From Heteronotia binoei (lineage: Eukaryota): DNA of 64,000 nt. The DNA is taken from contig NC_083234.1 in NCBI RefSeq assembly GCF_032191835.1, positions 47,616,001 through 47,680,000 on the forward strand, written 5' to 3'. The notes below the pieces were generated by a model. That model saw nothing but the letters and a program-made list of their open reading frames with translations, had not been told where the DNA came from and ran no database searches. This document shows, piece after piece, positions 27,371 to 39,386 of the stretch (position 1 is the first letter of the stretch; the number at the start of each line of letters is the position of its first letter). The position numbers and the translations under genes were made by a program.

Positions 27371-29309
27371 AATAATTTTCTGTCTGTTTTAATTCTGTGC
27401 GTTTTAAATCTTATTAGTGGACTGTTATACTGTGTGACTTTCCAATCTGGCATGGCACTATTAGTCACCCTGAAGTCTGGGGAGATATAAAGTGGGATAT
27501 AAATGTTTCAAATAAATAAATGAAACTCACTCTCATCAATCTGGCTGTTCTGTGTTATGCCTGCAGATATCAGTGAACATTTATTTATTTAGAAAATGTA
27601 TGCCTCCCCTTGCCATACCATCTCTATGTGGCTCACAATAACACAAAATCAGCCACCCAAGACAGTAAACGTAGTCAATAAAAACCAATCATGTCATTAC
27701 AACGTCAATAAAACAACCCAAGCCAATAAAATGAATAAAAAACAAGCCAAGCCAAAAAGTTATCTACTTGCTATGGGCTGCATTATTTGTATTTTTAAGG
27801 GCAGGGAGCCAAAAAAGCCAGTGTGGGAGCACCTTGCAACCTTCCTCCTCAAATAATCAAGGCCTATTATCTAAAAACAATTGGAAGTATCTCACACCCA
27901 TGCTGATGCTTGCTCTTTGGATCAGATCTTGTTTTGAACCAGCCTTTTCTAGTAACACCCGCCCCCTGTCATTGTGTATGTAAATCAACCTGTTGTGATT
28001 TACATTACGGTGCACCTGGTGAAACAAGCTCTGACTCACAAACACTTATGATGGCATAAATTTTGTGAGTATTGAAGGTGCCACAGGGCTAATTTTATTC
28101 CATAGAACAATCTTTTTGTTACTGAGAGTGTAAATCAAGACAAAATCAGTACTTCCCATCATAGTCTGGGGCTGCAAAAATTCTGACAACCAAGCAAAGG
28201 TAAAGGAGAGGGAATCAGGTGTAGAAAGGGGCAGAGGCTCCAGCCTGTGATTCCCTTCAGCCATAATAATACTTCTGCTGTAATTAGGGACTTTAGCATT
28301 CTCAGCAGTAGGGATAGCCAATTTTAATATAAGTGAAACTTAATGCCAGGTTCTACCCATGGCCAGGAGATGTAACGTCCTTCCCTTTAACTAGTAGGAT
28401 TGTCCCAAATGGTTCTGTGGTAAAGCATCTGCTTTGCATGCAGAAGTTCCAAGTTCTGGTTGCCAGTTAAAAGGATCAGAAGGTAGGGGATCTGAAAGAC
28501 CTCTATCCAAGACCGGAAAGCCTCTGCCAGACAGAGTAGAGTAGACCATCATGAAGTTAATAAACCAAGGGTCTGACTCACATTTGCATCGTAAGAGAAG
28601 TTATGCTCATCTGCATAATTCAGATTTTGTTGCTGCACCACTTTAATGCACACGGGACCACAAGATGCACAAAGTCTGTACCTGATTCAGGCTAGAAAAT
28701 ATGATCTCTTGCTTTCTACATACAAGTTCTTCTGATTTGTTTGTAATCCTTTACCAACTTGCTGGTGTGGCGAAGAGGCGATGTGTCTGACACATACAAC
28801 ACTGACCTCTTCCCTGAAAGAAGAAGTTTGAGGATTCCAAGCTATAACAGTATAGGTAGCACAACAGGTTTCCACATTTAGCTTCAGCAGCAGAGGCCTC
28901 CATATGAAAACAACTTCTGCATTCACTGGAACTTCCAGGGCTGCCCAACCCTAAAAGTATAAGGCAGTAACAAATATCTTAAAGGTAGTCCAGGATCACC
29001 CTCTCCCAAATACAAATTTGGGGACCCTGTATGGATTCCAGCATTTCTCTCAGATTTATTGGAGATAAAACAAGCCACATTTCTAGTTCACAAAGTGCTG
29101 AAGTTAAGGTCTGCTGAAGGTTCTCGAAGTAGAAGAGAATCCAGTGGAACGTCTAAAAGATCGGGGGCAAGGTCCTCCTCATTCCCTGTCCCCACTCAGT
29201 GGTTCTAAACCCCCTTTTCTCCCCTGCCATTCCTCAGTAGGACACTGCTTGTACGAGTCCTCTTGGGACTAAGAAATTAAGTGAACACAAGATCAAATGA
29301 AATGCAGTC

Positions 29310-29773
29310 TTTATTTGTATTAAATACATATTCTGTAACCGTAGATTACAGCTTCTCATTGCATACTTATGCTTTCTTCCATTCTATAAACTGAAAATAA
29401 AGTTGAATGATCCAGAGATAATCACGCAGCTCAAAAAACCTAATGCCAAAGAATAACTTGTATATGGGTAGATAAGATTTTCCACGCATCTAATTCAGGA
29501 ACATTGCATAGCATTTAGGCAGTGCCCACAACAGAGGCAAAGCAGGGTCCTGCCTGACCATGTACACTGAAGTTCACTGACACTGAGGAACCTTTGATGT
29601 GGCACTTGCTACACACCTACAATCTCATTCCGGGAAGGAGGAGGCTCAGCAAGGCCTGCCAATGACTCCAGTCTGTTCGACATGAAACTCTGGTGCATTC
29701 TGCATCAACCAGACAGTCAAATGGTGACACGAAAGGGTTTGCTAGTCATGGATATCACACCTGTGCCTTTATT
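29310..29773 (-). terminator. Candidate TMEM230 polyadenylation signals
   Basis: AATAAA on minus strand at 29768-29773 and 29310-29315, downstream of the stop; usage unknown. Confidence 0.45.
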
Positions 29774-30550
29774 CATTATGGCAGGATCTGAGAAATGACT
29801 TTTTCCTTTTCTTGGCCTGTGTATGAGATGCAAGGAACAGACAGGATGTATGCCTGTGCAGCAAAGGATTTTATTTTCTGCTTCAAAACACAAATCTGAT
29901 TTGATGTATTACTTGTTTTTTATTTACTTTGAAGTCTTCCCTGAGCCAGTTCCCAGGAGGGGGTCACAAACTATTGTCCTCTTCGGGTCCCAATCATGCA
30001 CCAAGTGTTAACTTGCAGTGGCCACAATGGCTGGATTCCATCCAATTAATTTGTCTGAACAAATATTACTGAGATGTAGTCATTCAAAAGGGGATACACA
30101 CTTATTCCAGTATTGCAGGTGTCCTGCTCTAAACGATAATGGACTTTTAAAAAAAAGCTGTTGAGAAATACTATAGATTTAATACCTGAATTTCTTTTTC
30201 TTACTCACACACACCTGTGCATCCATTCCATTGGGCAACAAGCACAGCTGCATTTTATTAACCATCAAAAACGTTTTCTCAAAAAGAGGAAATGTTTCCC
30301 CAGACAGCTGCTTACATGTTTGCTTTGCATGATGTTGCAACATTTTCACCTAATCTTTCCATCAGAAAGAGAAATTCTGCAGAAAACCTATGCCAATGGT
30401 TTTCAATACTTGCCAAGTTGCATTGTGCAATAACAGGCCTGTTTGGCTAAATCAGGTGCACAGGCTTTTTTTGCTCCTTGGACCCAATTTTCAGTCAAGT
30501 TGCCACAGCAAAGAACTTTTAAAGAAATGTTCTTATTCAGCAGAATATTC

Positions 30551-30691
30551 TTAGTCATCAAAATCTGGGATGTCATCATAGGAATAACCTCTGTAGCCTT
30601 TGGAAGCAAAATATGCAATGCGCAAATGATAGAAGCCTGGAAGGAAAACCAGGATCCCGATAATCAAGACAGGGATAGCTCGGTCTGTTCC
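30551..30691 (-). CDS. TMEM230: TMEM230 last coding exon (141 nt incl. TAA)
   Basis: [46 protein letters not shown]; cag| acceptor. Missed by the ORF track. Confidence 0.97.
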   Translation of the reverse strand, partial: GTDRAIPVLIIGILVFLPGFYHLRIAYFASKGYRGYSYDDIPDFDD

Positions 30692-31743
30692 CTGGAAAAC
30701 AAAAGAATAAGGTCTAGTTCACACAGGCACATGCATTTCTCAGTTTTGCTATACTTGGCAGCTGAATATTTGAACTGACAAATGTTGCAATTGATGAGTT
30801 AAGTGCAGATCTGGAAATGCTCTCTGGGGAGTTACATCTACAAAGGACCATTCTCATATGCAAGTCACCACTGGATGCCGTCCGTACCCATCAGGTACTA
30901 CAAGTTCTGACTGTTCAACACTGCAACCAAATGTGGGCTGCATTAAAAACCACAGAACTTCTTAACAACAATGAACATCTGCAAAGTCATCTCAATCAGG
31001 TGTTTAATTATAAGAATTAAAGTATTTGGATGCAAAATGAGCAGTCAACAAGTAATGAATATGCTTGTGCAAACCATCCCTAAGGAACTTAGGTGGTCAT
31101 CAAGTCCATCTTTCAGAGATGGAATCTCACATGTTGGCCCACTTCCCATAGCCTCCCACATAATCTCAGCTACAAAGCAGGTGTGCAGAAAAAGCATTGC
31201 ACAATACATAACAGAAGCCCCAAATGCTTAATGCAATTCTTCCCTACCAATGTCAATCATATGGGAGAGAGAAGTGCTATAAATGCCATTTATGGTGACC
31301 AATTTATGGCTATAAATTATCTGATCCAATACCCTCATAAAGAAATTTACTGGATACAAATCTGTATCAGGCAACACACTGAATTTTCCCAAGAGGAGAT
31401 GGGGGAGAATACCAAGATCAGCCAGTTAGGTTTTTATCCTTCCTAATCTATTTCAGTTAAGTAGAAGGAAATTTAAACACCTAAAGCTGAGCATGCACAT
31501 CCTTCATTCATCCTTTGGGAAAATGGAGGTGCCACTTCATTATGTCGAGGAGATTGGCAGGCACACTTTTGGGCATCTGAAACACACTCAGGAATTTGCT
31601 TGGGCTTAACGTCTCCCCCCTGCCTGTTTAAAATATCCAAAGTTGCCCACAGAATTACCTGAAGGCACAAGTCACACAGCTTTAGCCAATCTGGGCTTGT
31701 CAGATGCTTGGAGGGGAGAGCGCTTGGGAACCTCTTTGGAGGA

Positions 31744-32053
31744 AGGAAAAGGAAAGGAAAGGTCCCCTGTGTAAGCACCAGTCATTTCCAACTCTGGGGT
31801 GACATTGCTTTCACAACGTTTTTACAGCAGACTTTTTACGGGGTGGTTGGCCATTGCCTTCCCCAGTCTTGTACACTTCCCCACCAGCAAACTGGGTACG
31901 CATTTTACAGACCTCAGAAGGATGGAAGGCTGAGTCAACCTTGGGCCGGCTACCTGAATCCAGCTTCCACCGGAACTGAGCTCAGGTCGTGAGCAGAGAG
32001 TTCAGACCACAGTACTGCAGAACTGCTGCTTTACCACTCTGCGCCACGGGGCT
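31744..32053 (-). mobile_element. Sauria SINE (Squam1), TMEM230 last intron
   Basis: Same family as 22466-22759. Confidence 0.85.
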
Positions 32054-32318
32054 GCTTTGGAGGAAGAGTGGATCAAATAAACAGAACTTCCCTGAGGCCA
32101 CAGTGGTCAACACTGAACTGCACTGGCAAACTGAAGTGCTTATATCACAAGCCATTCCACTTTTTCTGCACCCAAAACGAATTCCCTGCTTCATACCCCA
32201 TGAACGTGCTTCTGTTCTTATACGTTGACCCAGGCTCTGCTTCCCACATGTGCATATGCACGCATGCTTTCTGAGAGATCTGGGACAGAGTAACTCGCAA
32301 CAGATTGGAGCAACTTAC

Positions 32319-32441
32319 TCCCTGGCTGATGTATCCTGCGAGGAGGAGGGCTCCAATGATAATGAGAAGGGTGCCAATCAAGAACAGCACAGTAGCCAGC
32401 GCAATAGCCTTGTAGGGGATTTTTGGAGGGCTCTTCTTGAA
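32319..32441 (-). CDS. TMEM230: TMEM230 second coding exon (123 nt)
   Basis: [41 protein letters not shown]; tag| and |gtaagt; first TM helix. Confidence 0.97.
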
Positions 32442-33941
32442 CTAAAAGGGAAGAAAAGGCAGTGTTAAAAGCCTTCACTGGATGCTTTCAGCTATTATGA
32501 TATCAATGCAGCCACTAAGGTCCAGAATATGTTGTCAGGAACACAGATAGTCACTAGATCAAGAGGCTTTTAAAAATAGGTCTATCCTATAATGTCATAT
32601 TAGCTTAAATGGAACCCCCCCCTTCCAGGAGCAGAGTCAGTATGCCTCTTTGATCTTGAGAGGCTGAAGACAGATCATTAGGAGTTTCTACCACCATCAC
32701 GCCCTTGCTGTGAGCAGGGCTTTTTTGGTAGAAAAGGCCCAGCATGCACTTATTTGCATATTAGGCCACACCCCTGATGGCACCATTGTCTCTCAGTTTT
32801 TTGTAGAAAAGGCCCAGCAGGAACTCATTGGCATATTAAGTCACAACCCCGGATGCCAAGCCAGCCAAAATTGTGTTCCTGTGCCTGAGTTTCCAGAAGA
32901 ATCATGGTGGCAGGCATTAGAGTACAGGACTAGGTGGACATTGGACATTACTCCTCTTATGTAAGAACTGCCCTTCTGGATGAAACCAGCCTCCCACAGA
33001 GGTGTACTTTAATTGGAAGAAAGCAGCTGGGAAAGGGAGCAGGCAGGAAAGATTCCATGAACACAGAAGCTGGAATCTCACACCTCCAGATACATATAGA
33101 ATAGCTCTTTAGGGCCAATGAAGTGAGATAATCAAGAAGAAAAGTGGCTTTCTGGCCTCAGTTAAGCTGCTCAGATAAATGCTCTGTGGAGCACTGAGAC
33201 AGTTTGATTGCGGGTTAAAATCACAACTGATGACTCCCTTTGGTGGGGTAAAAAAGGAGGTCATCTCTTTCAGGTGCAGCAGCTGTTGCTCTCAAAGCCA
33301 GCCTGACTTGTGGATATAGCAGAGCAGCTGTTTTACATGCAGAAAGTCCCAGGTTCAATCCCTGACTTTTATAGAGAATCTCAGGTAACAGGGATCTCTA
33401 GATGAGAGATCCCAAAGAACTACCGCCAGATGGAAGTGACAGTACTGGACTAGGCTCAGTAGAAGGCAGATTCGTATGTTCATCCAATCCAGACCCTATC
33501 AAAGGGAAGAAATGCAACTTTAGGGACACTGCTCATCAGTGTGGCAGCTCTGCCTCCTAGTGGGCATCCTATGCTGTGTCTTCAAATACAAACAACAGTG
33601 TAGAAGACACAACATCCCTAGTACAGAGCAGATGAAATATTTTGGCTGTGCTTTCCAAAGTGCCCTTTCCCAGAATTGCACCCAACTTCCACTCCTACAC
33701 TAACCCTTGAAACTGGTGTTTTTTTCTTCCTTTTCATCCCAAGACTGATCCTCTTTCCATCTACACCTGATTCTACAGTAAATAAGGGAACATGACAGGG
33801 TACTTTGTCATGCTTTTTCAGGGTACTTTGAAGAGGGCCTTTTCTGCTGTAACCATAACAACATCACCCCAGTGAAACATGAAGAAGATCTGGGAGACAG
33901 GCAGGGCACTTTCCCATTCACTTTACGCTTTGGGAGAAGCT

Positions 33942-34224
33942 AGAAGAAGAGAAGAATTGCAGATTTATACCCCGCCCTTCTCTCTGAATCAGAGACTCAG
34001 AGCGGCTTACAATCTCCTATATCTTCTCCCCCCACAACAGACACCCTGTGAGATGGGTGGGGCTGAGAGGGCTTTCACAGCAGCTGCCCTTTCAAGGACA
34101 ACCTCTGCAATGGCTATGGCTAATCCAAGGCCATTCCAGCAGGTGCAAGTGGAGGAGTGGGGATTCAAACCCGGTTCTCTCAGATAAGAGTCCACACACT
34201 TAACCACCACTGCACCAAATAAGC
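33942..34224 (-). mobile_element. Squam3-like tRNA-derived SINE (gecko type), TMEM230 intron
   Basis: tRNA-like head with A/B boxes and (TTC)n tail; near-identical to 41491-41770. Confidence 0.85.
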
Positions 34225-35873
34225 TAAACACTAAAAGCAGTGCCGCCTGCTGCTCAGAGGCAACTCTCACCACTCCATGTTGGCTTTGAACCACATCACA
34301 GTAGAGAGTTCTGAGGAGGAGGACCTGTATGCTGCTGGAATCCTCCTCACCAGAGGGGCAGGGCACTCGCTTGTGGATATCAAGAGTTCACTCACATGTA
34401 TTATATGAAGGCTGGTTTTGAATATTTTAAATATTTGGTACTATTTAATCATATTATTATCATATGTTTACACAGCCTTGTTAGATGAATGTTAAACTGG
34501 TCAGTTTAATATATTATCTTGCACATTTTTAACAACCAGGACAAAACCAATATGATAACAAAGAAATGTGATCTGCAAGAAGGTTAATTCTACCAAGGAT
34601 ATCAGAAGTCTGCACAGCAAGGCCACCGCTTGCTTTCTATTCAGCCAGGTTTCACTAACATATATTAATATATTTTCCTCCGCAATCCAAATCTTTGAGG
34701 GCAGCAATTGGGACCAAGCCCATATCTTATTCCTTAACCAAAAGATTCCAGAACATAACTTTCACAGGCAGACCTTTAAGCCGCTCCCCCTCCACAAAAC
34801 AAGAAGGTGATTAGAAGACACATTCCAATTATCTCCTCCATGCATGTCAGTTTCACCCGGTTGTGGGTGATGATAAAATTTCCATTAATGCTAGTGTTAC
34901 ATATAAAAGTCCCAATTCTAATTTAAAGATAATTCCCTGGAGAAGAATCACCACTTGTGAAGATTCAAGACTATCAAAATCCTGAGAATCAGTAGGAGGG
35001 GGAGCCCATGTTGGTTCTGCTGTCTTCATAAGCAAAAGTAGACTTGTCCAAACAAACATATTTTAATACTGTAGATGTTCTTCCGACGCAGAAGTAAGAA
35101 AGCCGGTAGCAAGTGGAACAAAACAGTTTGTGAAATCTTTACTCTCAACAATCCCTAATTTTAAGGAAGCAGCAACTCAAAGAGCAAAGACACTGGAGAA
35201 AAGGGGATATGTATGCATATGACAACAATGGCTTATTTATTTACTGCATTTATACCCCACTTTTCTCTCCAATGGTAATCCAGTGATTTACATTGTTCTC
35301 TTCCATTTTATCCTTATAACAACCCAGTGCAGTAGGCTAGGCTGAGAGTCTGTGGTTGGCCCAAGGTTACCCAGCAAGCTTGCCTGACAGAGTGGGGAGG
35401 CAAGCTTGGTCTCCCAGAGCCAAGTCTGACAATCAAACCACTACCCCATGCTGGCTTTTATTGATAGGAAGTACTGAGAATAGCAGAAATTATTGACACA
35501 CCAGCAGAGCATTTTTTGGGGGGGACATTGGAAGCCTTACTCCTGGGTTGCAAACCATGTTATTGTACAGCTCACATGCTCAGCCTGGAGGAAGCTAACA
35601 GAATCCTCTCCACTGTACGTCCAACAACTTGTGATCTGGACCCTTGCCCCTCCTGGCTAATTAAATCTTGCCAGAGAGAGCTTAGATGTCCTATAAGGGA
35701 CATCGTAAATAGATCCCTCTCGGAAGGGCTTTTTCCAACACCTCTTAAAAGAGGCTGTGGTTTGCCCTCTCATGAAAAAAGCTACATCAGATCCGGCCGA
35801 ATTGGCACATTATCGATCGGTCTCAAATTTACCCTTTTTGGGTAAAATTATTGAGAGAGCAGTAGCGTTAAAG

Positions 35874-36040
35874 AAGGTCAGAGCGCCTGCTCCAGCTGCA
35901 ACGCCACTGAGGATGTTCTCCGCAGCTGAGAACGAAACGTCTGGAAGGAAAACTTTCTCCAGTAGAACACGGCACTTGAGCCCGAAAGATTCTACAAACC
36001 CTAATGATGTTACCAGCCGTGAAAACCTGAAATCTTTGAT
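35874..36040 (+). mobile_element. Penelope-like element 3'/pLTR fragment inserted in the L2 RT
   Basis: Flanked by 13-bp TSD agtagcgttaaag (35861-35873) / agtagcattaaag (36041-36053); removing it restores ERAVALKLQSFLD. Penelope assignment is from recalled squamate pLTR sequence plus the hammerhead motif. Confidence 0.75.
35904..35944 (+). ncRNA. Minimal type-I hammerhead ribozyme motif
   Basis: cca-CTGAGGA-t-GTTCTC-cgcagct-GAGAAC-GAAAC-GTC-tgg: core boxes, 6-bp stem II, palindromic ACGT stem III, 3-bp stem I. Confidence 0.65.
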
Positions 36041-36518
36041 AGTAGCATTAAAGTTACAGAGTTTTCTGGATGACATTTCTGTTTTAGATCCCCACCAGTC
36101 CGGCTTTCGCTCAGGCCATGGGACGGAGACAGTGCTGGTCGCCCTAGTGGATGACCTCCAGCGACATCTGGATTGAGGTGGCTCGGCGGTACTGATGTTG
36201 TTAGACCTATTGGCTGCGTTCGATATGGTCAACCATTGGTTGCTGACCTGCCGTCTTGCCAACACGGGAATTCAGGGGTTGCCCTTGCAATGGCTTTCCT
36301 CTTTCCTTGATGGTTGGGGACAAAGGGTGGCGATTGGGGGTGAACTGTCCCAGAGGCACCCGCTTAATTGTGGGGTGCCACAGGGGACGGTTCTCTCTCC
36401 GATGTTATTCAACATCTACATGCACCCCCTTGCCCAGATTGTCCGGAAGTATGGGTTGGGCTGTCACCAGTATGCTGATGACACCCAACTCTATCTACTG
36501 ATGGACAGCCAGCTGTCA

Positions 36519-36850
36519 TCAGGGCGGCTCACAACATAAGCATTTCAACAATTAAAACATACATACTATAGCTCAACCATTTATAAAATTAATCATCATT
36601 ATAGTTAAAAACATTCTAAGATTAAATTAATATTAAAAACTTGGTGTTATGCATCGTGCAGTTTTTCTATGGCGACGGTATTCATTCACCGGTATGCTGT
36701 AGGATCATTAAATAAAGGCCAGCTGAAAAAGAGCAGTCTTGCAGGCCTTGCAGAACTGAGCAAGGTTCCGCAAGACCCGCACCTCTTCTGGCAATTGGTT
36801 CTGCCAGTGTGGAGCTGAGACTGAGACTGAGAAGGCCCTTTCTCTAGTAA
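36519..36850 (-). mobile_element. Inverted L2 3' segment
   Basis: Reverse complement reads as L2 ORF2 end + 3'UTR (...gttgtgagccgccctga), similar to 53290-53700; the matching tail resumes on + at 37987. Confidence 0.75.
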
Positions 36851-36969
36851 CTTTCAGCTAGAGCCAGTTTGGTGTAGTGGTTAAGTGTGCGGACTCTTAT
36901 CTGGGAGAACCGGGTTTGATTCCCCACTCCTCCATTTTGCACCTGCTGGAATGGCCTTGGGTCCACCAT

Positions 36970-37986
36970 TTAGCTACCACCGGTTTAGCTATTTTCCTGG
37001 GGGGAGTCCTGGTGGGATGGCGGTCACTAAAGCAAAGGCATGTAGCCTTGTCAACCTGCGAAGCAGAATATTCCGCTCTTAGTACCGTTTGTACAGAGCT
37101 CATATGGTACAAACAATTGTTAACTGATTTTGGAATACATCATGTTGACCCCATAACTGTGTTTGAAGATAACCAAGCAGCTATTCAACTTGCTACCACT
37201 CTTGGTGTTCAGGGAAGATCGAAACACACTGATGTCAGGTTCCATAATGTTAAACAAAGCTTAGAAGATAAGTTGATTGTACTAGAATATTGTGCTACAA
37301 ATGAGAATGTTGCCGACTTGTTTACCAAGGCTCAGACTCATGTTAAACATAAGGAAAGTTGTCTGAAGTTAGGACTTAAGTAATGGGATGGCAGTACTGT
37401 AATACTGTGTTATACTGTGTGATTTAACTATGTATGTTAAACTGTATATGTTGCTGTATAGACTATGTAGTTACATAGGGGGAGGATGACAGCATTGGGT
37501 TCTTTAAGAGAGCAAAATGCTGAGTAATAGTTATGTAACTCCAGCTATACAGGATAATGCATGTCACGAGAGTAGCATGTGCAGCTAGTTTACTAATCAA
37601 TGATTGTGATTGGCTAGCTGTACTATAATAGCAGAGGTCTAACTCTCAGCCACTGTGGGTGATACGAGGAGAGGAGGACGGTGTGTGAGAGAGGAGCAAT
37701 ATCTTGAACTCAGACTGTTACTCTGAAGGATTGGATAAAGACTGGATAAGGATTGATGTATGGACTGGTATGTTGACTATTCTACTGGATACTGATTCTG
37801 TGCTGTTGCCTTGACTGGACTGACTATCTGTGTATGAACCTTTGGACTGCCTATAACTGCCTCTACCGCCTTTACCCCAAATATATCTGTTTAAACGGCT
37901 GTTTTGGAGTTTGTCTTTTTAGCACAGCAGCTGCAGCTGCACTTATCAGAGTACTCAAACCGAAGAACTTCCCACGCACACTGTCA
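36970..37986 (+). mobile_element. Ty1/Copia LTR retrotransposon 3' fragment: RNase H, PPT and 3' LTR
   Basis: WRSLKQRHVALSTCEAEY...EDNQAAIQLA...RSKHTDVRFH...NENVADLFTK = Ty1/Copia RNase H motifs; PPT AGGGGGAGGA 37477-37486; LTR 37487-37986 bounded by TGACAG...CTGTCA. Confidence 0.92.
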
Positions 37987-39281
37987 CCTGAGCCTGCTTC
38001 GGCGGGGAGGGCGGGATACAAATTAAAAATTATTATTTTCAGTGGGGCCAACACAAGAAAATTCCTCCAGCAGGGTGTGCCCTTGAGTAACAGCGGTACA
38101 ATAAAATCAAATTTGACAAATGGTTCTATCAGGAGGAATCAAAAGGCAAAATGGTTTGCCTGATATAGTACATGCTTGAGAGAAACAAACTTGGGAGCCT
38201 GTCTTGTCTTACAGGGCCAATCTTAGGCAGGGTGAGAAAGATCTATTTATTTATTTACTTCATTTATATCCCCCAAAAGCAGTTTGTGAGGTAGACTAAG
38301 CTCAGTGTGTGTGACTGGCCGAAAGTCACCCAACAAGCTTCCATGGCAGAACAGAGAGTCAAACCTGGATCTCCCAGATCCTGGCCTGACACTCTGTACA
38401 CTACAGAAGATGAATTAACTGGGGTGGATACTCATTAATTCTGATTTGCAGTCAGATTCAAGGGGCCAATCAGTGACTGACAAAGAGTCAGCAGTACATT
38501 TTAAAAAGAGGTGCCACGGGCAGACCTCGCTTTGATCACATAAAGAATGCTTTATGAAAAAATAAAAGGGCTGCCCATAGTTTGACACATGCACGTTCCT
38601 CATTTGAAGTCCTCAGAAAAGGATGAAGTATGGCTGAATGCATGAAACAGCTCCACCAAACAACACTGCATTTTAAAGTTACATCAGAAGATGACAGACA
38701 TCTCTGATGGCCTATTCAAAAGATGAAGAGCCAGTATGGTATAGCATTCAGATTGTCACACTAGGACAAGGGAAAACCTGGGTTCAAATCCTCACCCAGC
38801 CAAGAAACAGCCTCTCTCAGCCTAGCTGACTTCATACAACTGAAGCTAGAATAAAAGAGATGAGGGCAGAACTGCATCACGTAAAATAACAAGGGAACTA
38901 AGGACAGGATAAAACTGTAAGATAAAACATGTATGCATAAATCTGCGCTAGATGGGCCAAGTTCACAGTTCCACAGGAGTAGGATAACAAGGCAGTCATC
39001 TAAAAGGCAGAGCAGAAAGCCCCAGGAATCCCTTGTTTGTGGATATAGGGGTGGGTTAACCTAGGACAATGTGCCTCTTGACTGAGTAAGTTAGCACTAA
39101 AAGTACAAATGCCTTTCCATTACCCTGAATTCTTCATCTGGTAGCAAACAGCCATGCATATATGCCTGAAGCTAAGGACAGCCCATCAAGAAGCATGGAA
39201 TAGAAGGGATGATGGAGTGCAGGGCAAAGATATCAGTGCTCCCCAGACAAAGAGGACATTCAGCCCAACTTCCCTTTCTAC

Positions 39282-39386
39282 CTGCAAGTCAATGTAGCCG
39301 TCATCAGTACTGGCAAGCTTGGAATATTTCACTTTGCTACTAGGCGTTGAAGCAGCAAGATTTGTTCTGGATGGCATGTTCACCAT
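39282..39386 (-). CDS. TMEM230: TMEM230 first coding exon (exon 39282-39412; ATG at 39386 or 39377)
   Basis: [35 protein letters not shown]|gtagaa; matches known TMEM230 N-terminus (MMPSRTNL...DDGYIDLQ); cag acceptor at 39413-39415. Confidence 0.96.

Larger units (their letters stand above)
35560..36511 (+). mobile_element. L2-clade LINE reverse transcriptase fragment (frameshifted, interrupted)
   Basis: TTCDLDPCPSWLIK..., YRSVSNLPFLGKIIERAV, DPHQSGFRSGHGTETVLV, CGVPQGTVLSPMLFNIYM, HQYADDTQLY. Confidence 0.92.

Noticed and set aside
36877-36965. N-terminal part of the 168-aa ORF (MVKCADSYLGEPG...)
   Set aside because: It is a SINE head fused in frame by chance to the Copia RNase H; not a real chimeric gene on present evidence.
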